Shown here: in pieces, positions 1 to 12,350 of the stretch
How the letters are laid out: the number at the start of each line of letters is the position of its first letter
Numbering within the stretch: position 1 is the stretch's first letter
From: an uncultured delta proteobacterium
GTDB taxonomy: Bacteria; Myxococcota_A; Polyangia; Fen-1088
Direction of reading: 5' to 3'
Length of the DNA: 64,000 nt
Assembly (NCBI GenBank): GCA_963737265.1
Contig: CAVTRY010000018.1
Location: 1-64,000, forward strand
Notes under the pieces: model-generated
Database searches by the model: none
Seen by the model: the letters and a program-made list of their open reading frames with translations, nothing else
Told to the model about the DNA's origin: nothing
Translations under genes and position numbers: made by a program

Positions 1-697
1 GCGACGATACAGCTCGGCGCCGTGCCGGATGATCCGCCGGTCGGTTTGCGGGCCGAAGCCGAGCGCCACCGGCTGGCCGTGGTGGTCGATGATGATGCGG
101 ACGGCGGCGGCGGCCTGGTCGATGGCGTCGCACAGCAGTGCGGCGGTGTAGCGGGCGGCGGGCGGCTGGTAGTCCTCCCCCGCCGCGTCCAGGCGGATGA
201 CGGCGTGGAAGTGGACCACGCCGCGGGCCTGGTATTCGGTCACCTTGACGAACCGGATGCGGAGCTGGGCGCGGAGGGTCTTCTGGCTGACCCCGGCCAG
301 CCGGGCCAGGCGGCGGGGGATGGTAGGTGACGAACCGGCGCCACAGATCCGCCGCGTAGGCGTTGAACAGCACGGCGGCTTGGTAGTCGTAGCAGTCCGG
401 GCACATCGGCTGGCCGAGGCGGGGATCACCGTCGACGTGCCGGGTCGGGCAGGAAACATCCCGGCCGTGCGGGCAGCGCCGCGCGGTCGCGTCGCGGCGG
501 GGACGGCATGGGAGCACGGTCTTACCGCGCATCCGGCGGGCGTGGACCGGGCCGAACGAGGGGGCGGTGAGGGTTGCGAACACGCACGGATGCGCGGCAA
601 TCGTCTCGGGGATGCTCTTGCCGCCGCCGGCCAGCGCGGCAGCCCGGGCGTCCCGCTTGTAGACCGCCGAGCAGGACGGGCAGACGGCCTCGCGGCG
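1..697 (-). pseudogene. Fragment of RepSA-family replication initiator (pSAM2/AICE-type), frameshifted, truncated at both ends
   Basis: Manual reverse-strand translation gives RREAVCPSCSAVYKRDA, HPCVFATLTAPSFGPVH, LGQPMCPDCYDY, DLWRRF and FVKVTEYQARGVVHFHAVIRLD, which are typical RepSA motifs. Not in the ORF track. Confidence 0.8.
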
Positions 698-1368
698 CGG
701 CGGTCAGGCGCTCGTGGGCGTCAACGTGACGTTCGAGCGCGGTCACTTCACCGCCGTGATGGGGCCGTCGGGCTCCGGCAAGTCGACGCTGCTCCACTGC
801 ATGGCGGGGCTGGACCGCCCGACGTCGGGGCAGGCCTTCGTCGGCGACGCCGAGATCGGGACGCTCGACGACGCGGGACTGACCAGCCTGCGGCGCGACC
901 GCGTGGGCTTCGTGTTCCAGTCGTTCAACCTGGTCCCCACCCTCTCGGCCGCCGAGAACATCCGGCTTCCGCTCGACCTCGCGAAGGCGAAGCTCGACCA
1001 GGCGTGGTTCGACTTCCTCGTCGACAAGCTGGGCGTGCGCGAGCAGCTCGCTCGCCGTCCCGCCCACATGTCCGGCGGCCAGCAGCAGCGGGTGGCGTGC
1101 GCCCGGGCGCTGATCCGTCGTCCCGACCTCGTCTTCGCCGACGAGCCGACGGGCAACCTCGACTCCAACTCGACGGCCGCGATGCTCGGCTTCCTGCGGA
1201 CCTCGGTCAGCGAGCTCGGCCAGTCGATCGTGATGGTGACCCACGACCCTCGCGGGGCGTCGTATGCCGACCGGGTCGATCTTCCTCGCCGACGGGCAGG
1301 TGGTCGGCGAGCTGCTCGACCCGACGCCCGACTCGATCCTCGAGCGGATGCGCACGCTGGACGGCTGA
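698..1368 (+). CDS. ABC transporter ATP-binding protein (LolD/MacB-like), N-terminus missing, frameshift near 1280
   Basis: Walker A GPSGSGKST, signature MSGGQQQRV, Walker B/D-loop VFADEPTGNLD, H-loop VTHD. TGA at 1366-1368 after frameshift correction. Confidence 0.85.
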
Positions 1369-1369
1369 G

Positions 1370-3908
1370 GTGTGGCGGGTCACGATCAAGGAGCTCTGGG
1401 CGCACAAGCTCCGCCTCGCGCTGACGGCGATCGCGATCGTGCATTGGCGTCACGTTCATCACGGGCACCTACGTGCTCACCGACACGCTGCACAACACCT
1501 TCACGACGCTGTTCGGCGGGATCTACAAGAACGTCAGCTTCCAGGTCCGGGGCGTCAGCCAGTTCTCCGGCCAGTTCGGCACCGCCGTGCGCAACCCGAT
1601 CCCCGAGTCGCTGCTGCCCGAAGATCCGCTCGGTGCCCGGCGTCGAGGCCGCGGCCGGGACCGTGCAGGGCTACGCACAGTTCGTCTCGCCGTCGGGCTC
1701 GGCGATCGCCAACGGGCGGCGCGCCGACGCTCGGGGTGTCCTTCGACCCCAACGCCAAGATCTCCGAGCTCCACGTCGTCGACGGGAGCGCGCCCACCTC
1801 GCCCACGACGTCGTCATGGACCTCGGCACGGCGCAGAAGTACGGCTTCCACGTGGGTCAGCGCGTCAAGGTGCTGCTGCAGGGGCCGCCCGAGACGTTCA
1901 CCATCAGCGGCCTCGCGAAGTTCGGGACGGTGAACAACCTGGCCGGGGCCACGCTGGCGGCGTTCCAGACCGCGACCGCGCAGCGGCTGTTCGACGAGGT
2001 CGGCCAGTTCGACTCGATCAACGTCGTCGGCGAGCCCGAGCGCGGACAAGGCGACGGTGCAGCGCGCCATCGCCGCCGTGCTCCCCCACGGCGTGGAGGT
2101 CGTCTCCGCCCAGACCGTGATCAACGAGCAGGCGAGCGCCATCAACAACGCGCTCTCCTTCTTCTCGACCGCGCTGCTCGTCTTCGCGTTCATCGCGCTG
2201 TTCGTCGGCGGGTTCACGATCGTGAACACGTTCTCGATCCTCGTGGGCCAGCGCACCAAGGAGCTCGCGCTGCTGCGGATGGTGGGTGCGAGCCGACGCC
2301 AGGTGTTCCTGTCCGTGCTCGGCGAGGCGGCGATCGTCGGGCTCGTCTCCTCGCTCCTCGGCATCGGGCTCGGCGTGCTCGCCGCGGACTGGCCTCGAGG
2401 CGCTGCTGCGCGGGTTCGGGGTCGACCTGCCGACCGGACCGCTCGTGTTCGAGACGAGGACCGTGCTCGTCGCGCTGCTCGTCGGGGTCGGCGTCACGAT
2501 CGTCGCGTCGGTCAGCCCGGCGCGGCGCGCCGTTCGCATCCCGCCCATCGCCGCGGTCACCCAGGTGACCGGCCTCCAGGACGTGCCGCTGCGCCGGCGG
2601 GTGATCGCCGGCTCCGCACTCGCCGTCGGTGGGCGTCGTCGGCCTCGGCATCGGGCTCTCTGCACCGGCCATCCAGCTGGTCGGCCTCGGGGCGGTCGGC
2701 ATCTTCGTCGGCGTCGCCATGGTCGCGCCGGCGCTCGCGAAGACCCGTCGCGAGCGTGATCGGCCGACCTATCGCCGGGCTGCTCGGCATCGCCGGGACG
2801 CTCGGCCGGGAGAACTCGATGCGCAGCCCGACGTCGCACCGCCCAGACCGCGTCCGCGCTGATGGTCGGGATCGCGCTCGTCTCGGCGATCGCGGTGTTC
2901 GGCGCGTCGCTGTCGAGGTCCGCGACCGAGAGCATCGACCAGGCCCTCAACGCGAACCTCCTCGCTCACCTCCACCAGCAACGGCCAGAGCTCCAACATC
3001 AGCTCGGAGATCCCCGGACTGGTGTCGCACCTGCCGGGGGTGACCGCCATCACGACCGTCTACGGCGGGCAGTTCGTGTTCCGCGACTCGGTCAGCACCC
3101 TGCAGGCCGTGACGCTCCCGGGCCTCGCCAAGACCGTGGACTTCCGCATGACCGCGGGTAGCCACGAGCGCGATGGCGGACGGCGAGCTGCTCGTCAACA
3201 CGGTGACCGCGAGCGCGGACCACCTCGCGGTCGGCGACACCGTCTCCGTCCGGTTCGCCGAGACGGGCAGGACCACGATGCGCATCGGCGGGATCTTCGA
3301 GGCGAACGTGCTGATCGGCACCTACGTAGTCGGAGCGCCGCTACTTCCTGCGCCACTTCGAGAGCCCCGCCCCGGGAGGCCGTCGCGGCTCGCGACCGAC
3401 GGGAGCACGGCGACGCTGGACGCGGTCACCGCCGCGGTCGCGCCGTACCCGAACGTCCAGGTGCAGACCCGCCAGCAGTTCGAGCAGGCCAACACCAAGG
3501 CGGTCAACCAGCTGCTCGGCCTCGTCTACGCGCTGCTCGGCCTCGCGGTGCTCATCGCGCTCATCGGCGTCGTCAACACCCTGATGCTGTCGGTGTTCGA
3601 GCGCACCCAGCGAGCTCGGCCTGCTGCGTGCCGTCGGCATGCGCCGCCGCCAGGTGCGCAGCGATGATCCGCTCGGAGGCCGTGATCCTCTCGCTCTTCG
3701 GCGCGGTCATCGGCATCGTGATCGGCACCGGCCTCGGCCTCGCCCTCGTCGACTCGCTCCGCGCCCAGGGCGTCTCGGCGACCGCGGTCCCGGTGAGAGC
3801 CTGCTCGTGTTCCTCGTGCTCTCTGCGCTGCTCGGGCTCCTCGCTGCGAGCTGGCCGGCGCGGCGAGCTGCGCGCCTCGACGTGCTGGCCGCCATCGCCG
3901 CCGAGTAG
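1370..3908 (+). CDS. FtsX-like (ABC3) permease, many frameshifts
   Basis: GTG start, then WRVTIKELWAHKLRLALT. Fragments contain IVNTFSILVGQRTKELALLRMVGAS and VNTLMLSVFER. C-terminus WPARRAARLDVLAAIAAE*. Confidence 0.85.
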
Positions 3909-4124
3909 CGCCTCCGCTCCAACAGCCTTCGGCGCCACGCGCAGTCCGACCTCGACGTCGGCGAGCTCGGCGTTCGCCGACGCTCGCCCGCTGACGGTGG
4001 CTACGAGCTCGTCGCAGCTCTGGCATCCGACCCTGCGACCCGCACCAGGTCCATGCCCGTGGGCCGTGGCGCCTTGGTAGTTTCAGTCCGCTCTGCCAAG
4101 GCCGTGTCGAATGCGAGGGGGACC

Positions 4125-5366
4125 ATGCACCGGATCGAAGCCGACGTCGTCGTTCCCGGTCGTGGTGCGCCCATCAGCCAGGGTTGCGTGGTTCTCGACG
4201 GCGCCTCCATCAGCTATGTCGGGCCGGTGCAACAGGCTCCGTCGACACCCGGTGCCACCTTGCACCATGTCGCCGCCGTCATGCCCGGACTGTGGGACTG
4301 TCACGCGCACTTCCTTGGGGTGTTCACCCCTGACCTTGCCTCGATCGCCACGATTCCGCCTCCCTTGATGGCCATGCGCGTCGCAGCGGACGCCAAGGTC
4401 GCGCTCGACGCCGGGTTCACCAGCGTGCGTGAAGTTGGGGGCATGGGCGTGTGGCTCACGAGGGCGATCGAAGAGGGCACGGTGGACGGTCCGACGGTGT
4501 ACGGCGCCGGCGCGGTCTTGAGCCCAACGGGCGGGCACGCCGACCTGCACATGTACCCGCCGGACTGGATCTGCGACCTCGCGGACCATCTGGGAGTCCT
4601 TCGGCAGTGCGATGGCGTGCCCGAGTGTCTCCGCGCGGTCCGACTCCAGCTGCGCGTTGGCGCAAGGCTCATAAAGATCTGCGCCTCCGGCGGTGTCATG
4701 AGTCAGATTGACCACCCTGTCCACCAGCAGTTCAGTGACGAGGAGCTCCGCTGCATCGTTGAAGAGGCGGGGCGCGCTGAGCGCATCGTCGCGGCGCACT
4801 GCCACGGCAAGCCAGGGATCATGGCAGCGCTGCGCGCGGGCGTGCGGACGATCGAGCACGGCACTTATCTCGATGAGGAGGCCGCGGACGCGATGCGCGA
4901 GTCGGATGCCGTGCTCGTGCCCACGCGCCTCATCGTCGAGGAGTACCTCGCAAATGGTCGCGAGATGGGACTTCCGGACTACGCCTACAACAAGCTGGTC
5001 GCGATGGCAGACACGCACGCCGAGGCGATATCGCTGGCGCATGAACGTGGCGTTCGAATCGCGCTCGGTACTGATATCGGCGGGTCCGGCTCGAAGGTGC
5101 CCGCCCGCTGGGGCCAGAACGGCGCTGAGCTGACGTACCTCGTGAAGGCCGGTCTCTCACCCCTCGAGGCGATTGAGGCTGCGACGGCCACGGCCCCGAC
5201 GACCCTCGGCCCGCAGGCGCCTCGCTCGGGACTGCTGCAGGCGGGATACGACGCGGACGTCATTGCGATCAGCGCCGACCCGAGCATGGAGGTGTCGATC
5301 CTGTCGAGCCCCGCCAACATCACCCACGTCTGGAAGTCGGGCACGCTCGTAAAGACGCTGCCCTGA
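4125..5366 (+). CDS. Metal-dependent amidohydrolase (Xaa-Pro dipeptidase-like)
   Basis: MPGLWDCHAH (HxH), IKICASGGV, AAHCHG, IEHGTYL, ALGTD motifs. ATG at 4125. Confidence 0.9.
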   Translation: MHRIEADVVVPGRGAPISQGCVVLDGASISYVGPVQQAPSTPGATLHHVAAVMPGLWDCHAHFLGVFTPDLASIATIPPPLMAMRVAADAKVALDAGFTSVREVGGMGVWLTRAIEEGTVDGPTVYGAGAVLSPTGGHADLHMYPPDWICDLADHLGVLRQCDGVPECLRAVRLQLRVGARLIKICASGGVMSQIDHPVHQQFSDEELRCIVEEAGRAERIVAAHCHGKPGIMAALRAGVRTIEHGTYLDEEAADAMRESDAVLVPTRLIVEEYLANGREMGLPDYAYNKLVAMADTHAEAISLAHERGVRIALGTDIGGSGSKVPARWGQNGAELTYLVKAGLSPLEAIEAATATAPTTLGPQAPRSGLLQAGYDADVIAISADPSMEVSILSSPANITHVWKSGTLVKTLP

Positions 5367-5511
5367 GGCTGCGCTCCGACGCTCGGAGCGGTGCGACGGC
5401 TCACGGGACCCCACGTGCCGTGCAACCCCTCTCGAGGGCCCGCGACCTGCATCGGCACCCTCGAAGGGCGCATCGCGTGCGAGGGATCCGCGAGCGGAGG
5501 TCCGGTCGCCG

Positions 5512-7651
5512 ATGAGGGTTCCGACGATGGGGGCATGGACGATGCGCGGTGTCCGCTGCATGGTGCCCGCGGCGTGCGTCATCGCCTTCCAGCTCGTCGC
5601 GTACCCCATCCCATGGGGGCTCACGCTCCAAGGCGTCGTGATCGGGCTGCTGGGGGCCCTCGTCGCGGTCGGGATGGCGCTCGTCTACCGATCGAATGGG
5701 ATCCTCAACTTCGCCCAGGTCGAGCTCGGGCTCGCGCCCACCGTGCTCAGCGTGTCGCTCATCACGTACAGCGCGATGAACTACTTCCTCGCGCTCGCCA
5801 TAGGGCTCGCGGGCGCGGTGCTCGTCGGCGCGATCGTCGAGCTGGCGATCATCCGGCGGTTCTTCCGTTCACCGCGCCTGATCCTCACCGTCGCCACGAT
5901 CGGGCTCTCTCAGCTCTTGGTGGGCGCCGCCCTGTTCATTCCGAAGATCTGGAACGCACAGCCTCTGCCGATCATCGTGCACATCCCTCTCAGCTTCCAG
6001 TTCACCGTGAGCCCGCTCGTCTTCACCGCGGACCACGTCGCCGCCATGGTGGTCGCACCGCTCTGCCTGCTCGGCGTGGCGCTCCTGCTGCGCTACACGA
6101 GCATCGGGATCGCGGTGCGCGCGAGTGCCGAGCGTGCAGATCGCGCCTCGATGTTGGGCGTGCCGGTGAAGCGCCTCGAGACGATCGTCTGGGTGGTGGC
6201 CGCGGTCCTCTCCTTCATCGGGATCTTCCTCCAGGCAGGCATCCTCGGCGTGCCGGTGGGCGCCGCGTTCAACTACACGGTGCTCCTCTCTGCCCTCGCC
6301 GCGCTCGTGCTCGGCAACTTCGTCAACCTGCCGACGATCGCACTTTCGGCCGTGGCGCTCGGCGTGCTCCAGCAGGGGGTGCTGTGGGACCAGATCAACG
6401 ACCCTCAGCTCATCGACGCCGTCCTCGCCGTCGTGGTGATCGCCGCAATCGTGCTACGGCGCGTCGGCAGCTCGAGGCTGGTCGCAGGGTCGGTGTCGAC
6501 GTGGTCCATCAGCGATGCCGTCCGTCCGGTCCCGATCGAGCTGCGCAGGCTGGCCGAGGTCCGGGTCGCCCGCGTCGCGCTGGGAGGGCTCGCGGCCACC
6601 GCCGTCCTCGCCCTCCCATGGATCCTCTCGGGCAACGCCGGCAACCAGCTGAAGGCGACGGCCGTCGTGGTGTTCGTCATGATCGCGCTCTCGGTCACGA
6701 TCCTCACCGGGTGGGCTGGTCAGGTGAGCCTCGGACAGATGTCGTTCGTCGGCTTCGGGGGGGCCGTCGGCGCCTACTGCAGTCAGACGCTGCACCTCGA
6801 CCTCAGCATCGCGTTGCTCGCGGCGGGCGTCGCGGGTGCCGTTGTGGCCACGGTCGTGAGCCTGCCGGCGCTCCGCGCCCGTGGCTTCGTCCCCGCGGTG
6901 ATCACGTTGGCCTTTGCGATGGCCAGCTCGGCGTACTTGCTCAACCCGCAGTACTTCTCTTGGATCCCCTCGGGTTCGGTCACCCGACCGAGGCTGTTCG
7001 GCCTCCTCTCGCTCACCTCTGAGCCCGGCTACTACTACTTCGCGGCAACCTGCCTCGCTCCTGGTGATCCTGGGACTGCGGGGTATCCGAGGGTCACGGA
7101 CAGGAAGGGTCCTGATGGCGCTGCGCGAGAACGAGCAGGCCGCAGAGTCCTTCGGGGTGCACGTGCTGCGGGCCAAGGTGACCGCCTTTGCCATCTCGGG
7201 ATTCGTCGCGGGGGTCGCAGGCTGTCTCCTCGTCCACCTCCTCGAGGCATTCAACCCGGCGGTGTACGGCACGGACCAGAGCATCCTCGTCTTCATCACC
7301 GCGGTCTTCGGCGGACTGGGATCGATGCTGGGCGCGGTGCTCGGCGCGATCGTCCTGCAGGGTGGCCAGTGGTTCCTGCCCGCCGAGTGGCAGATCCTCG
7401 TCTCCGGCGCCGGGGTCCTCCTCATCTTGATGGTGCTCCCTGGCGGCCTGTGCGACGGCGTGTTCAGGATCCGCGACCATCTGCTGCGCCGCGTGGCCCT
7501 TCGCCGCCGCCTCCTCTCGCCCAGCCTCCTCGCGGATCGAGCGCCTCCGCCGGGTGCGGTCGTCTCCGACACCGGGCACCCCGACGTCGTTGACCCCGAG
7601 GTCGCGCCTGCGACGCTGCACCACCTCGTCGAGGAGGAGGCGGGACTGTGA
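5512..7651 (+). CDS. Fused LivH-LivM-type ABC permease, frameshift near 7060
   Basis: GMALVYRSNGILNFAQ (LivH-like), LTGWAGQVSLGQ and GRVLMALRENEQAAESFGV (LivM-like). Start codon uncertain. Confidence 0.85.
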
Positions 7652-9800
7652 GTTCGACCGCCGACCAGGGGGTCGTCACCGTGCGGGGCGGGCGACTCGG
7701 CCGGGCCCTCGTGCAGCTGACCGACGGCGGTCCGGTCGGAGCGCTCCTCATCCTCTTCGGGCTGAACATGGTCGCCCAGATGGACGCGACGGGGTTCGGC
7801 ATCCTCGTGCCGAACATTCGCGACGCGTTCCACCTCTCCGACACCGGCGTCCTGTCGATGATCGCGGTCACCGCACTCGTCGGACTCTCCCTGCAGGTGC
7901 CCATCGCCCAGCTGGCCGACCGTCGCGCAGAGGACCAGGCTGATGCTCGCCGGCGCGGCCATCTTCTGCGCGTTCAGCGTCGGCACGGGGCTGTCGTTCA
8001 CGCTGTGGGTGCTCGTGCTCATGCGGTGCGGCGCTGGGATCGGTGTCGCCACCGTCGGGCCCACCCACAACTCGCTCCTCGCCGACTGGTATCCCATCAA
8101 CGCGCGCCCGCGGGTCTACGCCTTCCACTACAGCGCGCTCGCACTCGGTGCGCTCTTCGGTCCCGTGCTTGCGGGGACGCTCGCCTCGGCGTTCAGCTGG
8201 CGTGCGCCCTTCTTCGCCTTCGCGGTTCCCGGCGTGATCCTGATCCTCTGCGGCCTTCGTCTCAGAGAGCCGAGCCGCGGCATCCAAGAGCGCGTCGCGA
8301 TGGGTGTCACCGATGCGCGCGAGACCGAGGAGCCCCCGCCGTCGTTCTCCGAGGGGTGGCGCATGACGTGGAAGATCGAGAGCCTGCGCCGGATCTTCTG
8401 CGCGGTGCCGTTCCTCGCCGCCTCGCTCATCGGCTTCTCGTCGCTCGCCTCGATCCTCTATCAGTCAGAGTTCCACCTCAACGTCGCTGAGCGCGGCTGG
8501 GTCGCCGCGGCAGCAGAGCCCCTCCAACTGGTGGGCCTCGTCATCGGAGCGAGGGTCGGCTCGCGACTCATCGAGCGCGATCCCGGGCTGATCATCAGGT
8601 TCCTGGCCGTCGTCGCAGCCGTCTGCGCCGGCTTGCTCGCCGTCTTCGCGATCGTGCCGGTGCTGTGGGTCACCATCGTCGCGAACATGGCGGTGACCGC
8701 GTCGCTGGCTGCGATCGGCGCAGGGATCTACAGCTCGCTGTCGCTCGCGATCCCGCCGAGGAGCCGCTCCCTCGGCTTTTCCATGGCGGCGATCTGGGTC
8801 ATCCCTGGCCTCATCGTGCTCCCCATCATCGGCGCGCTCTCCGACGCGCTCGGCGTGCACGTCGGCATGCTCGCGCTGGTGCCCGTGTTCCTCGTCGGCG
8901 GCTTGATCCTGTCGACGGCGGGGCGGGTCCTCGACCGCGACATCGCACAGGTTCGCACCGTGGCGGCGGCGCGGGCCGAGGTCCTCGACGCGCGCCGCAG
9001 GGGGCTCGTCGAGCTGCTGCTCGTCAAGGACCTGTGCGTCGCCTACGGCCAGATCCAGGTGCTGTTCGGCGTGAGCCTCGAGATCGCAGAGGGCGAGATC
9101 GTCGCCCTCCTCGGCACCAATGGCGCGGGGAAGTCGACGCTGTTGAAGGCGATCTGCGGGATCACCGAGGCTGACAAGGGAGCCGTGATCCTCGACGGCC
9201 GCGACATCACCCACGCGCCTCCGAACGAGATCGCTGCGCTCGGGGTCACCGAGGTACCTGGCGGCCAGGGCGTGTTCCCCTCGCTCACGGTCGCGGAGAA
9301 CCTGCGCGTGGCCGGGTGGCTGGACCGACGCACGCGCCACCTCGCCGCTGAGCGGGTCAGCGACGTGCTCGCGATGTTCCCCGTGCTCGCCACCCGCCTC
9401 GGGGACCAGGCGGTCAACCTGTCGGGCGGCCAGCAGCAGATGCTGGCGCTCTCCATGGCGTTCCTCGCGCGCCCGCGGCTCCTGCTCGTCGACGAGCTGA
9501 GCCTCGGCCTGGCACCCGTCGTCGTCGAGCAGCTGCTGCCCGCGATCCAGCTGATCGCAGCGAAGGGGACGACGGTGATCCTCGTCGAGCAGTCGGTGAA
9601 CCTCGCGCTCACGATCGCGCAGCGTGCGTACTTCATGGAGAAGGGCGAGATCCGCTTCTCCGGGCCGACGCGCGAGCTCCTCGAGCGCCCCGACGTGCTG
9701 CGCTCGGTGTTCGTCGAGGGCGCGGCATCGCAACGCGCCGATGCCACCTCGACACCGCTCGCGCAGCGCGTCGCAGCGGGCGCGCCCCGGGCGGCGCGCC
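7648..9800 (+). CDS. MFS transporter domain fused to LivF-type ABC ATPase, frameshift near 7930
   Basis: Multi-TM MFS region (QLADRR, SLLADWYP) runs in frame into GTNGAGKST, LSGGQQQM, LLVDELSLGLAP. Confidence 0.8.
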
Positions 9801-10600
9801 GTCGCTCGAGGTGCGGGGCATCTCGGTGCGCTTCGGCGGCATCCACGCGGTGCGGGATCTGACGCTGTCGGTCGCTGGGCGAGAGATCCTGGGCATCATC
9901 GGGCCGAACGGCGCCGGCAAGACGACGCTGTTCGACCTGATCTCGGGGTTCACGCGCAACGACGGGGGTGCCGTCGTCTTGAACGGCATCGACGTGACGA
10001 GGTGGCGCCCGAGCCGCAGGGCCCGCGCAGGTCTCGGCCGTTCGTTCCAGAGCGCGCGGCTGTTCCCGGCCCTGACGGTGGCAGAGACCCTCTCGGTCGC
10101 CCACGACCGCTTCGTGGCGGCAAGGGACCCGCTGCGCGCGGCCTTGCACTCGCCGGCGTGGCGGCGCAGCGAGCGGCGCGTCGCGTCCGACGTGGAGGAG
10201 TTGATCGAGCTCTTCAGCCTCGGCGCGTACCGCGACAAGTTCGTCAACGAGCTGTCCACGGGCACCCGTCGGGTGGTCGACCTCGCGTGCCAGGTCGCGC
10301 ACCGTCCGACCGTCATCTTGCTGGACGAGCCATCGAGCGGCATCGCCCAGCGCGAGACCGAGGCCCTGGCGCCCCTGCTCTTGAACCTGCGCGACGCGCT
10401 CGGCGCGAGCCTCGTCGTCATCGAGCACGACATGGGCCTCGTCACCGCGGTGGCCGATCGCCTCGTCGCCCTCGACCAGGGTCAGATCCTCGTCGAGGGC
10501 GAGGCAACCACCGTGTTACACGATGCCCGAGTGGTCGAGGCCTATCTCGGGTACAGCGAGGCCGCCGTCAGCCGCTCGTTCGTGCGACCCGCCCCGAGAC
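9801..10600 (+). CDS. LivG-type ABC ATPase domain, probably the fused C-terminal part of the preceding protein
   Basis: GPNGAGKTT, LSTGTRR, LLDEPSSG, IEHDM, VVEAYLG. No stop codon separates it from the preceding domain, only a frame change near 9790. The 3' end is uncertain. Confidence 0.75.
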
Positions 10601-10675
10601 CTCCGAGCTGGGCGCCAGGGCAACGCGGGGGACAGCGTGCAATAGTTCGCCGACGTACGACCGGGGGGGAACCCA

Positions 10676-12344
10676 ATGAGCAGCTCGACGCATCGTCGGG
10701 ACGCCGTCAGGCCGCGGAGGTCCATCCTTCAGACCGCCGTCGCCCTGGGACTGACGACCGGACTCCTGGCCACGTTGCACGCCACGAGCAGCGGGGCCTC
10801 GACGGCGCCATCCGCCAAGTGGGCGCCCAAAGGCGTGCTCTCGTTCGCGCAGGCGAAGGCCGAGGGCAAGGTCAAGTCCATCAACTGGGGCGCCGAACTG
10901 CAACACGACGCTCGGTCTCTACAAGTACCCCGACGTCAACGCGATGGAGTGCTACGCGCCGTTCACGGGATCCAACGGGGGTGCGACCGCACAGGGCGTG
11001 ACGGCGACGTCCATCAAAGTCGTCGTGTACCTGCCGGAGCAGAACGATCCGGCCCTCAGCTACATCGAGGGCGCGATCAGGGACACCGCGACGAACGCGG
11101 AGACCGAGGCGACCATGCAGGGCTGGGACGGGCTCTTCAACCACTTCGCCCAGCTCTACGGTCGCACGATCGACCTCGTGCCCTTCGTCGCCACCGGGGA
11201 GTCCACCGACCCCGTCGCCGCGCACGCCGACGCACTCACCATCGCGACGAACATCAAGCCGTTCGCCGTGCTCGACGGGCCCGCCCTCGAGACCTCCAGT
11301 GCCTTCGCCACCGAGCTCGCCTCGCAGCACATCCTGTGCATCAACGGCAGCATCAACCCGAACATGTCGTACTACGCGGCGCACTCCCCCTACCTGTGGC
11401 AGCTCGGGATCTCGGGTCAGCAGCAGCTCACGCACCTCATGACGTACCTCTCCCGCGAGGTCGCTGGTCGCAAGGCCTCCTTCGCGGGCGATGCGAGCCT
11501 GAGGTCCAAGACCCGCAAGTTCGGCGTCGTCGTGCTCGGCACGTCCACGTTCACCCCGAGCGTCCTCAAGCAGTTCAAGAAGGCCGGCGTGCCGATCGCC
11601 CAGGTGGTCACCTACGACTCCCCGCTCGATCTGCTGACGAGCGCGCCGACGCTGATCGCGAAGCTGCGCTCCGCGGGCGTGACCTCGATCATCTTCGACG
11701 GCGACCCGATCGCACCCCAGGCGCTCACCCGGGCGGCCGCGAACCAGGGCTACCACCCCGAGTGGATCCTCAGCGGCTCGGTCCTGTCGGACACCGCGGT
11801 CTTCGGGCGCACGTACGACCAGTCGGAGTGGAGCCATGCGTTCGGGATCTCCTTCGGCACCGCCCGCGTGGCGGTTGACGGGCTCAAGGCCCTCTACCAG
11901 TGGTACACGGGCGCCAACCCGCCGGACCTCACGAGCGCGGTGATCCCGTACTCGGCGCTGGCCCTGCTGGTGCCGGTGCTCCAGGAGGTCGGGCCCGACG
12001 TCACCGCCCAGAACTTCAAGAACTCCGCCTTCTCGGCTTCCGCGGGCCAAAGAGATGATCACCTCGGCGATGTACACCTACGGCAAGAAGGGCATCTGGC
12101 CGTACGCCGACTACGCCGGCGTCGATGACGCGACCGAGGTGTGGTGGAACCCGACCGCAGCGGCCCCGACGAGATCGGCCGCGCCGGCACGGGGCTCTAC
12201 GAGTACGTCGACGGAGGGAAGCGCTACCTCCCGAGCGCATGGCCGAAGTGGACGACGAAGGCCTTCAAGACCGCCGGCGCGATCACCATCTATCCCCGAG
12301 CCCCCGCCGGGGAGCGTCCTCCGGTCTACCCGCCGCCCAGCTGA
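10676..12344 (+). CDS. Extracellular ligand-binding (Liv/PBP type I) protein, frameshifted
   Basis: Signal peptide-like N-terminus, then NGGATAQGVTATSIKVVVY and AANQGYHPEWIL. Split across ORFs starting 10676, 10944, 12055 and 12141. Confidence 0.75.
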
Positions 12345-12350
12345 GCGGGG

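Noticed and set aside
22-1933. Plus-strand ORFs 22-330 and 197-1933
   Set aside because: Shadow or off-frame readings of RepSA (minus strand) and the ABC genes in high-GC DNA.
3957-3981. GTCGGCGA/TCGCCGAC hairpin after the permease gene
   Set aside because: Short GC-rich stem with no U-tract, plausible by chance at this GC content.
1270-12200. Programmed frameshifting or phase variation
   Set aside because: Indels are scattered with no consistent slippery sites. Sequencing error is the simpler explanation.
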